A stretch of DNA of 64,000 bases, from the NCBI GenBank assembly GCA_964016885.1, contig OZ024740.1, forward strand, positions 86,180,001 to 86,244,000, in the 5' to 3' direction. This DNA is from Eledone cirrhosa (Eukaryota). A program made the translations under genes and the position numbers. Shown here piece after piece: positions 62,610 to 64,000 of this stretch. Under the pieces are notes generated by a model. The model did no database searches. It was given only the letters and a program-made list of their open reading frames with translations, and was not told the origin of the DNA. Every line of letters starts with the position of its first letter. Position 1 is the first letter of the stretch.

Positions 62610-64000
62610 CCCGTGACCAAGAAATACCGGATGGCGGCCGGCGGGGAATAGCCGTGTCTCTAGGGGAGAACGACCCCTCTAGTCTTGGTTGACACTCGTT
62701 CTAGAAGTGGTAACACGAAATGATTACCCCTTGGCGGATAAGGATAAAACGCGACAAAATAAAGTAAATGTCTAATGATAAAATCTCATACCGGGTCGGC
62801 CGTCACCCGGGTAAAAAAGGGCCGCGTCCCTCAGAGAGGAAGCAGACTGGGGTCGAAAAACCTAATCAGCTAATGGTTCAAACCTTCCCATCACTTCGGA
62901 GCTGGAGACCTCCCATAAACGGAATACTCCTACTGTTGGCCCTCCATGCTCACCACCAAGAAATCCAAAGAAAAAGAGAGAAAAATGGTCAAGGGAAGAT
63001 AATAAAGAAGTCCTTGAGGCTTTCTACACTGCCATGTACTACCCATCAAATACATCGAATACAGAACAGACATATATCAACTGGAAAAAGAAACATCCCG
63101 AAAACAGAGGCTATATTGACAGTAACAAACTAGCCAATATACGAAGACATATTGTAAGAAAAAAGTTACTAACTGATATAGAAATTGATCAGATCAAGCT
63201 ATTAGCACAAAGTCAGCGAAGGGAAAATGAAACATGTGTCAGTGAAAACGAGGTAAACTGTAACACTTCGAACCCCAGGGTTGGGGCGGAATCACTGGCA
63301 ACAGAACAAATTAAAGAAAGGATCGAAAAAGTGGAGGGAGTGCATGCTCAGGATGAAACTCCAAATGAAAATAATGAGATCGTAAGTGATAAAGAAATGA
63401 ATGAGAATGAACTTGCCAACTTGAAGGATGAAATTATGATCGAATGGATGAAAATGAAAGAATCTGACATGGGGCAACGAGACACCCTCCCTAAGATCCA
63501 GAACTCCAAACAGAACCAAAAGATAATACACAAGACTAACATAATTCTCAAAAACATTATCATCACAAACAAACTAAACATTACTGATTTAAATCATCTC
63601 TATTATGCATCGGCTAAAGTCACCACTCACTTATGTGGAGTGAAGATGAAAAAATAAAGGAATTCCCACAAGAAATCTACTTGGCAAGAGAACATCAATC
63701 GCCAAATAAACCTTCTCCGATCTGACATAGAAATTTTAACAAACTATAAAGTAGGTGAACATGTTAAACAAACTAAACTTAGAAAATTGAAAAAAAAGTA
63801 CAGTATAAAATCAACATGTGACATAGACATGCTGATAGAAATAATCAAGCAAAAAGTGTCGGCCAAAGCTGCTCGTATAAGGCGCTTTGAAAAACGATCT
63901 AGATTCTATAAGGACAATAATATGTTCCAAAACAACCAAAGAAACTTCTACAGAAAAATTGGTAAGTCAACAATAACTGCTAAATCAATACCACCCAAGG
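62610..64000 (+). mobile_element. R4/Dong-clade non-LTR retrotransposon, 5' part (ORF disrupted, runs off the window)
   Basis: KWSREDNKEVLEAFY...W...KLANIRRHIVRKKLLTDIEI, then after a stop TWQENINRQINLLRSDI...KQKVSAKAARIRRF...NNMFQNNQRNFY, typical of the R4 pre-RT region. Confidence 0.8.

Noticed and set aside
62615-62702. Canonical HDV ribozyme at the R4 5' end
   Set aside because: I could not place P1.1 or a C-containing J4/2; the alternative pseudoknot fits better.

Overview
AT-rich animal genomic DNA, probably a coleoid cephalopod (judged from recall of the abundant tRNA-derived SINE; not verified). I can support no host gene. The window is a mosaic of (TA)n, (CA)n, (GA)n and (TAA)n microsatellites and retroelements. 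These are one intact RTE-clade LINE (1181 aa, APE-RT plus three C2H2 fingers), three Penelope-like elements (PLEs) of different types, a decayed CsRn1-type Gypsy, the 5' part of an R4/Dong element, Tx1/L1, CRE, Helitron and mariner relics, and many SINEs. Most short ORFs in the track are microsatellite artefacts. Two signals stand out. (1) A structured-RNA module with apparent covariation (closing helix, AAAUA linker, hairpin, GGG-loop-CCCC hairpin whose loop pairs downstream, then UCUAG..AAGG) recurs in the 5' UTRs of two RTE families and of the R4 element. (2) At least eight families of small non-coding PLE-derived repeats, many carrying minimal hammerhead ribozymes, sit in (TA)n as asymmetric fold-backs or tandem dimers. 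They have precise short-arm ends, a one-sided tail and a recurring TTGAGYAC motif. All RNA folds were read by eye.
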